A stretch of 64,000 bases of DNA from the NCBI GenBank assembly GCA_010093815.1, contig ML996582.1; one strand, written 5' to 3'. Below, piece after piece: positions 12,062 to 25,479 of the stretch. The stretch's first letter is position 1. Every line of letters begins with the position of its first letter. The notes beneath the pieces are model-generated. The model worked only from the letters and a program-made list of their open reading frames with translations. It was not told where the DNA came from and ran no database searches. A program made the translations under genes and the position numbers. Source of the stretch: Pseudovirgaria hyperparasitica (taxonomy: Eukaryota).

Positions 12062-14348
12062 TGCGGCCGCCCCCTTCCTTGTTCCGGACGTTTGACGCAA
12101 TTCGAACTGTCAGTCCTATGCCAACAACATGCTGCCGTGCCTGCGCTGCTCTGATAGGAGTCGCGCGCGTCCACTATCTGCAGGCCCGAAGGCGTGGGCG
12201 AGTGGCGCTTCTAGGCTGCCGATACCGTGCCCTGGGGGGGTGTTCGTCGTGAATGGACGCGTCTGCCACGTGCGGTAGTGCAGAAGTCAGGGACTTTGGT
12301 CCTGGGGCGGAAGCATGAATACGAGTTACGATGTTGTGGTATGATGCAGGCCGTTGAGTACAGGACGGACACTCACTGCCTGGACACCTTCAGTCGTGTG
12401 ATGGATGGGATGACACAACAGACACCCAGCCTTGACGGGAGCAGCGTTGCCAGCCAGGGGGCATGCTTCTCCAACGAATGCGCCAATGCTGACTGCTGAC
12501 GGGTAATATTCGACAACCTGGTCTTCCGTCTGTATAGGATGCTATGCTATGCGTCCACAGCCTCGTCAGCAGTCGCATACATACATACTGCTGCATACGG
12601 TACAAAGGAATATGCCGTCCGGAGCCCATCCGAAACTCCGCATGAGTTGTTGTCCAGCGCGCCAGACACACGCACTCTACATAATCATCCCACTGCCGTA
12701 CATCTACAGCTTGCATCCTCATCTTCGGTCACCACCGACAACTCAACCTCCAGACGCCACAGCAGACCTCCAACGTAACTGAGCCAGTCAATCCATATCG
12801 ATATCGATATCGTCCAAGCGAAGCCGTCAACCCGCGCACCACGCCAACTTTTAGAATATCTCCCGACTCATGGGGCCGTGCCAGGGCCGGCTCCGCCAGT
12901 CTTGGCGCTTTCGGGGGCTTTCTCTTGCCTGCGCTCAAACGTGCATCGGGGGCTTCTTTTGTTTATGCGTTCGAGGTTGCTCTCCTTCTTATCGGGTCGA
13001 GATCCGGCCCCCGGGACGCCAAGTGCAGAAGGTGGGGATTCGAGGCTTTGAAGGCTTGACGGCTTGATGGCTTGGAAGCTTTGAGGCTTAGTGGCGTTGA
13101 TATCGGACTGGTGGCGGTAATGGAAAACCATCGAGAACATAACAACACAGAGCGATGATTGGCTCGGAGAGCTTGGAATTGGCTTCTTATCAAGGGGTGA
13201 GTAGTATTCGCTTCATGGCACTTTTACTTGCGAAGATGACGATCACTGCTGAGCCTCGACGCTTCTTCCTCCTACGCCGCGCAACAGCGTCGACACGTAT
13301 AATTAAAGCTTTCCATTGGACTGTAACTGTAGCACATCTCCAGCGCCAGAAATATCTCCCGTCACCGTCCCACCTACGCCGTCACATTCATTCAGCTCCC
13401 AGCGTAATAATCACACCCATACAGCCCTGTTCGCCCATCTTCGACCACCAATACTGATAGATCGTCATCATCATCATCACTGAAACGTGAACGGTACCAC
13501 ATACCACTTGCCATGTTTCCCTGCACCTCGTCCGCCCTCTGCGGCACGGCAAGGTGGAACTCAATCAAAAAATGAATGTTGAATTCGTACGCTCATCGTG
13601 CGGGCGTAGAGAGATATAAATAAATCGGCTATTCTTTCCAGGTATATCTCATACGACCCCTCCCTCTGTGGATGTTACAGTGCAGTGTGGTGGGAATCAT
13701 TGTAATTAGGACGTTCTACCAGACTTCTAAGCATCTAGTCGGGCTTCAACGCGTGGATCGTATACGTACGTGCTGATACAACGTTGGCGTTAGGAGTATA
13801 CTGTTACTGCTAATGTTGTTCGCTCGTACGTCGGCATGTGCTGTTCTATTATATTTCTAGATATGTGTATTAGTCTCTGCGATGTCTTACCCACCCACTT
13901 ACTCGTCATATTGTATTCATATACCTACATGAGGTTAAACGAGACGAGTCAAGACAAAGACAAGCGAGGTTACAGAGAACGACAACACATCTACACATAT
14001 ACAGCCGAGAAGTCACGCTTCAACCTAACATGTCAATAACTAATATATCTGGACATACATATATTAATAAACGTCGTATGTTGATATATCCTCGTGATCT
14101 AGAATAAATGACTCGCTCTTACTGCACCGACTCGGATTCTACGTGTCATACTATCTCTGCGTTGGAACAGCACGTCTTCAATCTCCTATCCTCTTATTCC
14201 ACTTCTGTTGTTCTACATTGCCTTGTACTTCGTCGGCGTCTTAATCCAGTCCAGCTCAGTCCAGCCCAGCTCAGTTCCCCCCGAGCCACAAGTAACAGCA
14301 ACACCAAGCATCAACACCCACTGTCCCCGTCCCCTCCCCCTCCCTTCC

Positions 14349-15587
14349 TCACCCACAAACAGCACACCAGCCCATAAACACACCCATCGCAGCACTATAC
14401 CCGCCCAGATCCAGCCCGGCAGCCCATACGCCGACGTTCAGGCTCGTACATAGAAGCGCGCGGAGGGCAAGTTTGCGGAATATGCCGTCGTCGTCGTCTT
14501 CATCATCGTCGTTGCCATCTTCATCGGCATCAGAGTCTGCGTAGCGAGTCAGTGTTGGTATCCGTCCAGATCCCGATCCGCATCCACCGCTCGTGTTTGG
14601 TCTACAGGTGCCATCACCTTCCACACACGCATCGTCTGCCGCAGTATATATTTCTGCCTGTGCACATGTGTTCTCGCTGCTACTGTTACTGTTACTGCTC
14701 CTGCTACTGTCACCACTGCGACATCGACCAAGCGCGCTCCGCCACGCCTCAAGCTCAGCCTCGAGCGCGGCGTCCAGGTCGCGTTTCGAGACTAACAGCT
14801 TGCGGAGGCGGATTTGTGCGTTTTGGAGGTCGATGCATGATGCTGGAATGGCGAGTTGCGGGGAGCGAGGGCGGTGGGTGTCGTGTGTGGGTGTTGAATT
14901 GTAGTGGCGTGGGATGCAGATGTTCGGGTTGGCTGTCGTGGAGATTGGGTTGTGTTTGGGATGTTCTGCTTCTGATGGGTGGCGTTCGGCGCTTTGGGTG
15001 TTTGGGGCCTGCCCCAGATTCGCGCTGCGCATCATCGAGGCGTCTGAGATGTCAGTCTCTGCAACTGCAACATTCTCTCTGTTGTATCCACATGCCGTCA
15101 ATACGATCTGGACATCCTGTCGGCCTCTGCCATGGCAGCGCGTGTGATGTGCAGACACGCTTTCAAGCTGGCGGAGCTCTTTATCTGCTGGTGCCGGCGA
15201 AGCAGAGCGCGAGGAAAGCGCAGATCCAGCATCGGTGACTGATATGTTTGCGGACTCATTGAGAGGTTTCGACGAGGACTGTGGTGTTCGGAAGCTGGTA
15301 TCTGAGGTGGCCATTGGGGTGCGCGTGCTCGAGCTCGCTTTGGACATTGTTACGACAGACATGAGCGGACGAGCAGTTATCCATGTAAGACCTCGGACAG
15401 CGCTGTAAAGTGGTGGCGGTTTCGACCTTGATAAACTATGTAGGAACGGAGAACGCTGTTTTTTGAGGGTGGTACAGCCATCCGACAAGACATTTCGTGG
15501 TCTGGTGGCATGTTGGAGTGGGTGAACAGTGCTTTCGTGTCGAAGCGTCAGTTCACTTTTACGAGTTCGCATTTCACTTTTCGCCAT
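14349..15587 (-). CDS. Hypothetical low-complexity/coiled-coil protein, in frame with the upstream TRP-like gene
   Basis: 412-aa ORF, Ser/Pro-rich, with a coiled-coil-like LQNAQIRLRKLLVSKRDLDAALEAELEAW and an acidic tract. No family recognised. Confidence 0.35.
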   Translation of the reverse strand: MAKSEMRTRKSELTLRHESTVHPLQHATRPRNVLSDGCTTLKKQRSPFLHSLSRSKPPPLYSAVRGLTWITARPLMSVVTMSKASSSTRTPMATSDTSFRTPQSSSKPLNESANISVTDAGSALSSRSASPAPADKELRQLESVSAHHTRCHGRGRQDVQIVLTACGYNRENVAVAETDISDASMMRSANLGQAPNTQSAERHPSEAEHPKHNPISTTANPNICIPRHYNSTPTHDTHRPRSPQLAIPASCIDLQNAQIRLRKLLVSKRDLDAALEAELEAWRSALGRCRSGDSSRSSNSNSSSENTCAQAEIYTAADDACVEGDGTCRPNTSGGCGSGSGRIPTLTRYADSDADEDGNDDDEDDDDGIFRKLALRALLCTSLNVGVWAAGLDLGGYSAAMGVFMGWCAVCG

Positions 15588-15653
15588 ATGTTTCTGTGGT
15601 GTGATTGCAGGTGTTGCATTCTGGATCTGAGACTCCCATCTCGAATACCAAAT

Positions 15654-18079
15654 TCAGGTATGGTCCTCGGCCTGCGGTGTTTGCGATGGTCTCCTCCTGA
15701 GCTCTGAGCCAAGCAACACTTCCGAAGATTCTTCAGGGACTCTTGACGGTCTTACAACTTCAAATGCGGGCGGTGGTCGTTGCGGTCGCGAAACCTCAAA
15801 GCCAGCGCCACTCCGTGTTGATCTCCCGCGAGCGAATCGATTGCCCAGGTTGCGGAGCGTGCTTACAATCGGCCTGGGCTCGCTTGCTTGATGAGCTTCG
15901 CTCTCGTCCAGACTATGACGATTGTCCGTGTCGTGCTGTGGGACCGGATTGCCAAAATATGAGTCAGCTTCACGAGTCGCGTAATCTTTGTCCGCTGCGA
16001 ACTGGTCACTGGTAGACATGGTCGTATATGTGCGAGCGTCATCTTCGGTCCAGGATGGTACAGGCGAGATTGTGTCGTGGCTACGTCGGTCTGCTATGGT
16101 GGGTGAGGTTGCTGTCAGGGGCATGGTACCTGATAGAGCGGAAGCGGATCGTGCAGGTCGAGAGTATCGCTGACCAAGGACCGGGCTTGCCCTAGTGTAG
16201 CTATTATCCCCATCAGGCCATACTCCATCACCAGGAAAGTGCCCGTCTCGATCAGGGCGTCGGCCAAGATCGTGAAGACCAAGTACCTGTAACGAGTGAG
16301 TACAGAATACATCCATCCTATGATGTGGACTTACCGCAGGACCTTCAGATGTAGGCCGTTTGTTGTGTCCGGCTCTCACTCTGGCTGATTTAGGATGCGC
16401 AAGCTCCTTGTACACATTGATAGTGGGGCGAATGACAAAGGCCGCTAGGATGATACAAAAGTGAAGCCCTAAGATAATATATGCTACCCAGCCTTTGACA
16501 GGGGTGCTGGCATGCACTCCGTTCAGAAAAGTGATGAACAAGAGTATGATACATAGCCGAATTCCAGCCGAGTAAGTGTGTATGGTGTAGCCAGACGAGT
16601 GTTGAAATATCAAGAATGCTATCAGAGCGATAGCCTCGACAGCGGCCAGGCATATGATCTGTCCTCGACCAGATATCTGCAGAGCACCAAATGCAACACC
16701 ACGGACGATGAGCACAAAATAATGCAACAGCGCGAGACGGGCATTGATGGAGAAGCTGAGCGAGAGCCGGTCCTCCGTGGAGTCGTTCATGAAGACATAG
16801 CCACGTTTTTGGAAGATGATGCGGTACAACATGAATGCTAAAGAAACAGCTAGTAGCGTCAGAATAACGGCGAGTATGGCAATCTTGGATTGTGAAAGAT
16901 AATGAACGACCAGGAGTTGAAATGTACAGAATGCAAGGATGGGCTGTAAGAACCAATTGAAGGCCACTCTGAGAAGATTCCAGCCCACATTCTTGGTCTT
17001 GAAGAGCCAGGTCTCTTTCCTCTCCTGACGACTGGCGGCTTTTGTGCGTCTCATACCTCCTCGTATCAGATACGTGACGACCATGACAAGTCCAACAGCG
17101 GCCATGGCGATCGCCAGATTGATGACCACACTGAGCCAGAGATCGGACATGGTAGGCGCTCCCAGCACCTGGGCCATCTCTTCGAACCCGTAGGTCGCAT
17201 TGATTGCGTAGATGCCGTCCTCGATGCCGTCGTAGACGAAATGAGTAGTAATTGGGTGGAAAGTCATTAGTGTAGACCATGCGAACTGGCCGACAACTGG
17301 ACGAAAGAAACCAGGAAACTTGAGAGTGATGCACCCTGTGAGAAAAACAAACTGGAGATACTGTAGACAGTCGATGACACCAGGAATGAAGGCCTCAGCT
17401 GGATCATCGGGAACAGTAGGGCCATCGAGAAGGTTCTCGTTGTCATGGCGCTGTCTCATCCGGATCAAGATGGAGCATAGACTTGCGAAGACTGGGACAG
17501 CGATGGAGCCCCATTTTAGGATAGAAGTGGCATAATGACCGATATCTGGAGTAGCAACACCGCGCATACACGTCAAGACGCTATCGGCGTAGTCGTTTGC
17601 GCGAAACGAGACACCAAGGGAACGCATGTGTGGTACAGACGCACCCAAGTCATATGTAGCATTAAGGCGGCCGGCAACAGGAGGGCTGTACAGGATCAGC
17701 ATTCGCAATTGGCAAGTATGGGACTGTACACGCACTCCCATAGTTCGTGATAGGTACATGACATATTCCAGGGGGATGAGGCATCAATCTGATGACCGAG
17801 TCGTGAGCCAAGATTGGTAACCTCAACAATCACATTTTTCCCATGTTGAGCGGTGTCCTGGCAGTCTTGGAGCGAGTCGTAGTAGATCCATGCATTCAAA
17901 TCCAGAACAGTGATGGCATTCTCACTTCGGATCACGGCGTCGAGAGACACAGTGCGCGGTCGCGTGACGTTCAGGGCATTGGTGGGTGGGAAACAGTCTT
18001 CTACCTGGATGTAGGTCGATGATGAGAGCGAAGGCAAGGAGCACAGCAGTAAGGCGATGAGTACGACAGGAGATGTCAT
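15654..18079 (-). CDS. TRP-like / flavin-carrier (FLC)-related integral membrane protein with signal peptide; ~3 exons
   Basis: Signal peptide MTSPVVLIALLLCSLPSLSSS, a luminal domain, then PGVIDCLQYLQFVFLTGCITLKFPGFFRPVVGQFAWS typical of fungal TRP-like proteins, multiple TM helices and a disordered tail. Introns near 17685-17735 and 16288-16335. Confidence 0.75.
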
Positions 18080-19469
18080 TCCTGGACGGAGTGGCAGGGG
18101 GTGAAATAGCAGCAATGGATGCGATAAAGGATGTAGTCTACTGCATGGATCCTTGACGGTGCAGAGACTGTTAGCCTTGCTGCCTTGATGCCTTGATGTC
18201 CCAAGATCTTGATGCCTTAGGATCTTGCAGCAGCCTTGCAGGTGGGCAGAGCCAACAAGTGCCGCTATCTGATCTGTGTTCACGTGCCGAAGTTGTGCCA
18301 GCAGCCGGGTGGAGAAGTGAGCGCTACTCAGGTACTAGCGTGTAGTTAGTGGACGCCGCCGGAGAGTCAGAGTGACGTCACTTGCAGTATCTGTGCCTGA
18401 GTGGCAGTGACGGGCGCTGACCGGGTTTTGAGGCCAATCCATATTCATTATGATTCATCAAACTCAGCAAAGTCATCATCCGGCATCTGCATTCCGCTGT
18501 CCGGCGTCCACCAACGCTAATATAGTGAGTGTTTAACATTAAGTGGGTTGTCAGCTTGCCCGATCCTACTGCTTATCCCAAGCCTCAGCTAATTCCTAAG
18601 TTCAAGCCTATAGTCTCTACGACGCGCCATCAAATATCCATCGTCATCGGCAATTTCAATATCATTCATTATTGCTGGTTGCTTTTGTTTGCTGGTCGTA
18701 ATCTCTACTTGCGGCATTGACTGCAGCAGTAGGTTGATAGATATAAAGGTAGAACTACTGCTGAGCGAGCGGTGCTTGTTGAGCGCCAGCCTCGCGCACA
18801 GTGCTCACCCCATGTTCATCGTACAGCATATACACAACATTCCGAGTCAGGGTAGGTAGATTGGGTAAGGCTGACGCTGATGTGTAATCGGAGCTGTTGA
18901 TAATGATTGAATGCATGCATTGCGCGCGAGATCGGACAAAACTGCTAGGGATCAGCGATCAGAGAGACCCACCCGTCTCTGTATTGGAGTGTCGTGTAGC
19001 TAAAGGTATCACTATGCAAACGAAAGGATGATTCATTTTCTTGTCTTAATTCCATCACCCCCGGACTTAAGCTTCTCAACCTCTGCCAGCGCAAAGCGTA
19101 CTCGTCTCGTCTTGTCTTTCTGTTTGCTGCCGTCATTAGTCGAATGTTATCATTCTAGTGTCTGACCTTGGCTCTTTACTTCCAAGCTGTCTCTGTTACT
19201 CTGACTGGATGGATTCTATCTCGGCCTCTGACGCTATCGCGTCAACATACTAGTCCCAACTACGGTGCTCATCTCTCACCCCATCCCTAACAGGCCCATT
19301 ATTAATGCTCCTCGTCTGCCTTTTGCTGTCCCGTCATCTGCAGCTTTCCTTCAAGTACCCGTGTCTTTCGTCGCCTTTGTTGTCGGCCCTTTGCCATCCC
19401 TCGGACTGACACTGTCATCGATCCTTACATAACCCTGTGGTGTCTCGACAGCTTCGTCCACCAATCGAT

Positions 19470-22400
19470 ATGTGGAATGGTGTACACCTGCCGCGAGACA
19501 ATGCTCGCGAGAGGAAATACGAAGGTCAGGCCAACCCGTGGCACGAAGAAAACAATCCCGATGGCCGCGCACAACAGCTCGACAACGAGGCTGCTGAGCG
19601 CGCTGCCGGAACATGGGGCGAGCGCGACACTGGCATATCCGATCCCACTGCCTCCATGCAGGAATTCGAGGCCCTGCGCAGGAACTTGACCTCTCTCTCC
19701 AAGTCATCCTCGCGAGAAGACCGAGTTTCCAACAATTTGCTGACCCGTACTATCAGCGGGAAAAGCCAAAAGAGCCAGAAGAGCCAAAAGAGCGCGAAGA
19801 CTTCTCGCAAAGTCCCCACCATGGAAAACTTGCGCCGGAATAGCGTCCAGGAACAGCCTGACCTGGAGCGACAAGAAACTCGGAAATCGCGTGAGGAGGA
19901 GATTGAGTCGCCCTTGGAACCAGAGGAAAGCCCGGATCCGGAAAAGAAAGAGTCAGAAGACGACGACGAATTCAATCTCGAGCCCTTCATTAGGGATGGT
20001 CATTTCGAAAAGCGAACCGAGGCTGGTCGCTCTGCAAAGAAGGTCGGTGTCGTCTTCAAAGATCTGACTGTTCTTGGTGTCGGCTCGACGCAGACTTTCG
20101 TCAAAACCCTCCCAGATGCCATCATCGGCACTTTCGGTCCTGACCTTTACAAGATTGTCACCAGATTTGTACCCGCCCTGGCCTTTAAGAAACACCAGGA
20201 GACACGCACTCTGATCGACCATTTCTCTGGTGTCGTCAAGGACGGAGAGATGATGCTTGTCCTCGGCCGACCTGGGTCTGGATGCTCAACCTTTCTCAAA
20301 ATGATTGCGAACAAGCGCGAAGGTTACGCGTCAGTGACAGGTGATGTATCTTACGGAGGCATTTCTGCAGAGAGACAGGCGAAACAGTTCAGTGGCGAGG
20401 TCAACTACAATCCCGAGGGTGACGTTCATTTCGCCAATCTCACCGTGTGGCAAACTCTCAAGTTTGCTCTTTTGAATAAGACGAAGAAGCGCGAGACTGG
20501 CGAAGTTCCCACCATTATCACTGCTCTCCTGCGCATCTTCGGCATTGAGCACACTATGGTGAGTTTTTGCGGCTTCATTACATGTGTACAACCACTAATT
20601 TGCATTCTAGTATACCCCTGTAGGCGACGAATACACTCGAGGTGTGTCTGGTGGTGAGCGCAAGCGTGTGTCCATCGCAGAAACATTAGCCACTAAATCA
20701 ACTGTTGTTTGCTGGGACAACTCTTCGCGTGGTCTCGACAGCAGCACCGCTTTAGATTACGCAAGGTCTCTTCGAATAATGACCGATGTCAGCAACCGCA
20801 CGACCATTGTTACCTTGTACCAGGCTGGTGAAGGTATCTACGAAGTCATGGACAAGGTCATGGTCATCGATACCGGAAAGTGTATTTACATAGGCCCAGC
20901 GAAAGAAGCGAAGCAATATTTCGAGGAGCTTGGATTCTACTGTCCAGACCGACAGACGACCGCCGATTTCCTCACTGCTTGCACAGACCCTAACGAACGT
21001 CGTTTCCGCGAGGGCTACGAAGATAGGGTACCTCGAACCCCTGAAGACCTAGAAAAGGCTTTCAGGAGCTCCAACATGTATAAACGCGTCCAAGAGGAGA
21101 TTGATGACTACGAGAAAAAGATCAAAGAGAGCGACTACGCTGATGCTCGCGAATTTGAGCAGACTACTCGCGAACAAAAGTCCCACAGGACGGTATCAAA
21201 GAACAGCAACTTCACCGTCAGCTTCCCCCGCCAAGTCATGGCCTGCACCCAGCGCGAGTTCTGGCTCATCCTGGGTGACCGCGAAACACTGTACACCAAG
21301 TTCTTCATCATCATCAGTAACGGTCTCATCGTCGGTTCTCTCTTCTACGGACAACCCCTGAACACCATGGGCGCTTTCACTCGCGGTGGTACCATCTTCT
21401 TCTCGATTCTGTTCCTTGGCTGGCTGCAACTGTCTGAGCTTATGAAAGCGGTCTCCGGTCGTAACGTTGTTGCTCGGCACAAAGACTATGCCTTCTACAC
21501 CCCATCTGCAGTCAGCGTGGCTCGTGTGATCACTGATTTTCCAATGATCTTCTTCCAGGTCGTCATCTTCGGTATAATCATGTACTTCATGACCAGCCTG
21601 GACGTGGACGTCTCCAAGTTCTTCATCTACCTGCTCTTCGTATACATCACCACTATATGCATCACATCTCTGTACCGAATGTTCGCTGCGTTGTCACCAT
21701 CTATCGATGACGCGGTCAGATTTAGTGGAATCTCTCTCAATCTACTAGTCATCTACACGGGCTACGTTATCGTCAAGCCCCAGCTCCTAACTCAGTATAT
21801 CTGGTTTGGATGGATATATTACATTGACCCTATCGCGTACGCTTTCGAAGCTGTTCTAACCAACGAATTCTCAGACCGGATCATGGAATGTAGCCCGGAA
21901 CAGTTAGTACCTCAGCAAGTCCCTGGTGGTCCTGCCGTACAGTCAGGATTCCAGGGATGTTCGCTCACAGGAGCTCAACCTAACGCAGTAACGGTGCCCG
22001 GTGCAGACTATCTTCAGACTACATACAACTACACAAGGTCGCACCTATGGCGCAACTTTGGTGTCGTTATTGCATTCACTGTGCTGTATCTCCTGGTTAC
22101 CATCTTCGCCGTTGAGGCTTTCAACTTCGCTATCGAAGGTGGCGGTGCTATGGTCTTCAAGAAGTCGAAGAAGGCCAAGCAAGCTTTGAAGGAGCAGAGC
22201 AAGCCAGGTGACGAAGAGAAAGGACAAAGCGATGCCAACTCGAACACCCTGGCCCCATCTTCCGCTGACAACAAGAAAGAGGAGCAGGCGCTTGAGGGCA
22301 TCTCTAAGAGCAAGAGCATATTCACCTGGAAAGACGTCGAGTATACCGTTCCTTATCGTGGCGGTGAGCGCAAACTGCTCAACAACATTAGCGGTTACGC

Positions 22401-24439
22401 CAAGCCTGGTAAAATGATTGCTCTCATGGGTGCTTCCGGTGCCGGCAAGACCACTCTGCTCAACACGCTCGCTCAGCGACAAAGCATGGGCGTTGTTGCT
22501 GGCGAGATGTTGGTCGATGGAAAGGCTCTTGCACAGGACTTCCAGCGCGGTACTGGTTTCTGCGAGCAGATGGATCTCCACGAGCTTACCGCTTCGGTTC
22601 GCGAGGCAATCGAATTCTCTGCTCTCCTCCGACAAGACAACAGCATTCCAAGGAGCGAGAAACTTGCCTATGTGGATACCGTGATAGAACTCCTAGAGCT
22701 GCAAGATTTCCAGGACGCCATCATTAGCTGTCTTGGTGTCGAGCAGAAGAAGCGTGTGACCATTGGTGTTGAATTAGTAAGTGTTTTACTGAAGGACTCG
22801 ATAAAGTTCTTCATACCACTACAACGACTAACTGGTACCCTAGGCAGCCAAACCCAGTCTTTTGCTCTTCCTGGACGAACCCACGTCTGGACTTGACTCC
22901 CAGTCCGCGTACTCGATTGTCAGGTTTTTGAAGAAACTGGCGGCAGCTGGCCAAGCCATTGTCTGCACAATCCATCAACCCAGCTCGGTACTTATTCAGC
23001 AATTCGACATGATCCTCGCTCTCAACCCAGGCGGTAACACCTTCTACTTCGGCCCAGTTGGTGATAATGGCCAAGACGTTATTGACTACTTTGCCAAGCG
23101 TGGAGTCGACTGCCCACCTCGCAAGAATGTCGCCGAGTTCATCCTCGAGACAGCTGCCAAGCCCATCAAAGGCAAAGACGGGCGAAGAATCGACTGGAAC
23201 GACGAATGGAAGAAGTCGGATGATAATGCCGCACTCATCAAGGAAATCGATCAGCTCTGCTCTGACCGCAGCAAGAACGCCGATCAGCGTAACAAGGAAG
23301 ACATCAAGGCCTATGCTGCACCGATCTACCTCCAAACCGTCGAGCTCACCAAGCGTACGTTCCGCCAGCACTGGCGCGACCCGTCATACTACTACGGTAA
23401 ACTCTTCGTCTCGGTCATCATTGGTATCTTCAACGGCTTCACGTTCTGGAAGCTGGGCAACTCCGTACAAGACATGCAGAACCGCATGTTTACGTCTTTC
23501 TTGATCATCGTCTTCCCACCCACCATCGTCAACGCCGTCGTGCCCAAATTCTTCCAAAACATGGCTCTCTGGCAGGCTCGCGAGTACCCGTCACGCATCT
23601 ACGGCTGGTTCGCCTTCACGACCGCTCAGGTCGTGACCGAGCTTCCAATCGCCGTCGTAGGCGCCGTCATCTACTGGGTATTGTGGTACTTCCCCGCCGG
23701 TCTCCCAACCGACTCCTCTACAGCCGGCTACGTCTTCCTCATGACGATGCTCTTCTTCTTCTTCCAGGCCTCCTGGGGCCAATGGATCTGTGCCTTCGCC
23801 CCATCCTTCACCGTCATCTCAAACGTAAGCTCTTCCCTGACCCCCTTTCCCCTCCTCCCTTATCCCAACACTAACGACTCTCAGGTCCTCCCCTTCTTCT
23901 TCGTCATGTTCTCCCTCTTCAACGGCGTCGTGCGGCCCTACTCCATGCTGCCCGTCTTCTGGCGCTACTGGATGTACTACGTCAACCCATCCACATACTG
24001 GATCGGCGGCGTCCTCGCCGCCACCCTAACCGGCCAACCCATCCAATGCACCTCCAGCGAAACAACCCGCTTCAGCGCACCCCCCGGCCTCACCTGCGCC
24101 GACTACGCCGGCGCCTTTGCATCCGCGTCCGGCGGCCGTCTCGAGAACCCCGACGCAATGGGCCAAACGTGTGAGTACTGCCAGTACACCGTCGGCGACC
24201 AGTATCTCGCCACGCTCAACATCGAGGCGCGCGACAAGTGGCCGTACTTTGGCATTTTCCTCGCGTTTGTGGTGAGCAATTGGGCGCTTGTGTATTTCTT
24301 TGTTTGGTCGGTGCGCGTCAAGGGGTGGGGTTTTGGGTTTGGGTATCTCTTTGGCGGTGCCGGGAAGGCTATTGGTGCTGTGAAGGGGTTATTGGGAGGG
24401 AAGAAGAAGGAGGGGGAGGCTGAGACTCAGGAGGAGTAA
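19470..24439 (+). CDS. Full-size PDR/ABCG multidrug transporter (NBD-TMD)2, AtrF/Snq2-like; 4 exons
   Basis: Degenerate NBD1 Walker A GRPGSGCST, VSGGERKRVSIAE, CWDNSSRGLD. NBD2 has GASGAGKTT, VEQKKRVTIGVEL and LFLDEPTSGLDSQ. Two 6-TM domains. Introns ~20559-20610, ~22777-22843, ~23825-23884. Confidence 0.96.
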
Positions 24440-25100
24440 TACACTTTGGTGATGGTGGTTTGTGTTATGTGCCTCAACTAGTAATGATAGATCTCGCAGG
24501 ATCTCATCCGTCTGCAATAGATAGATATATAGACCTCGTGCTCGCAAAAGTACGCTTTAATAGAATTTTATTCTCTGGTAATAACGAGATTTAATCGACA
24601 CTTCCTCATCCACTCACTCACACTCAATGTATTAGCTATACAATACGTGTACTCCTGCCCGCCATGACGAGCCAGAGTAGAATGCAATATACTACGTTTG
24701 TTACAAACATATATATCATAGTCATACATCCCCAACTTATATTCCTTCCCTCTCCCACACCCCTCCTCCCTTCCCATTCCCCCCCCAAATCACCTCTCCC
24801 TATCGCACTACACCCTACACCAAACTTCCCAGACCCACACATAAGTCAACGAAGTAGAGCGCCCAAGACGGCCGGTAAAAGTCTATACAATACAACGACA
24901 TAACAGAATAGTATAGATGAAATAGTGTAGAGCAGGATAGTAGAACAGAACACGACGGGACAGACTGGAGCAGAGACACTCACGGCGCTGACTAATACGG
25001 ACGAACGAGCACAGATCGCGTTCTGACAGGGGCGGTGAGGGATTGGTGCGCTGATTACTCGTCTTGTTGTTATTCGGGGATGGGTTTGTGAATGGGTGAG

Positions 25101-25127
25101 TGCGTGTGCGTGTGTGTGTGTGTGTGC
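25101..25127. repeat. (GT)n microsatellite
   Basis: tgcgtgtgcgtgtgtgtgtgtgtgtgc. Confidence 0.85.
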
Positions 25128-25479
25128 GGGCAAGACGTCTTAGGCCAGGTGCATACACGTACATGCCCGTCCGCTTGTGCTACATCTGTGTCCTGTGCAG
25201 TCAATATCAGTCTGGCGACCAGTAGCGATCTACCGAGAACTGCTGACGACAGAGCACCACGCAACGCATATGCAGTGCGAGTGCTATTGATCATGCCGTG
25301 TGCTGATGGTGCAAAGCTCTAGTCACGAAATCATTGGTCGCCTGGGGGCCTGTCTATCTGTCCCTTGGCATGCATTTGTCAGGCTGACGAGTGTTTTGCC
25401 TTGTTCGGTTTCTCCATCATGTATTGCTGGGTATCTAATCGCATCCTCAATACATGCTGGCCGGTGGACTCGTCTTCCA

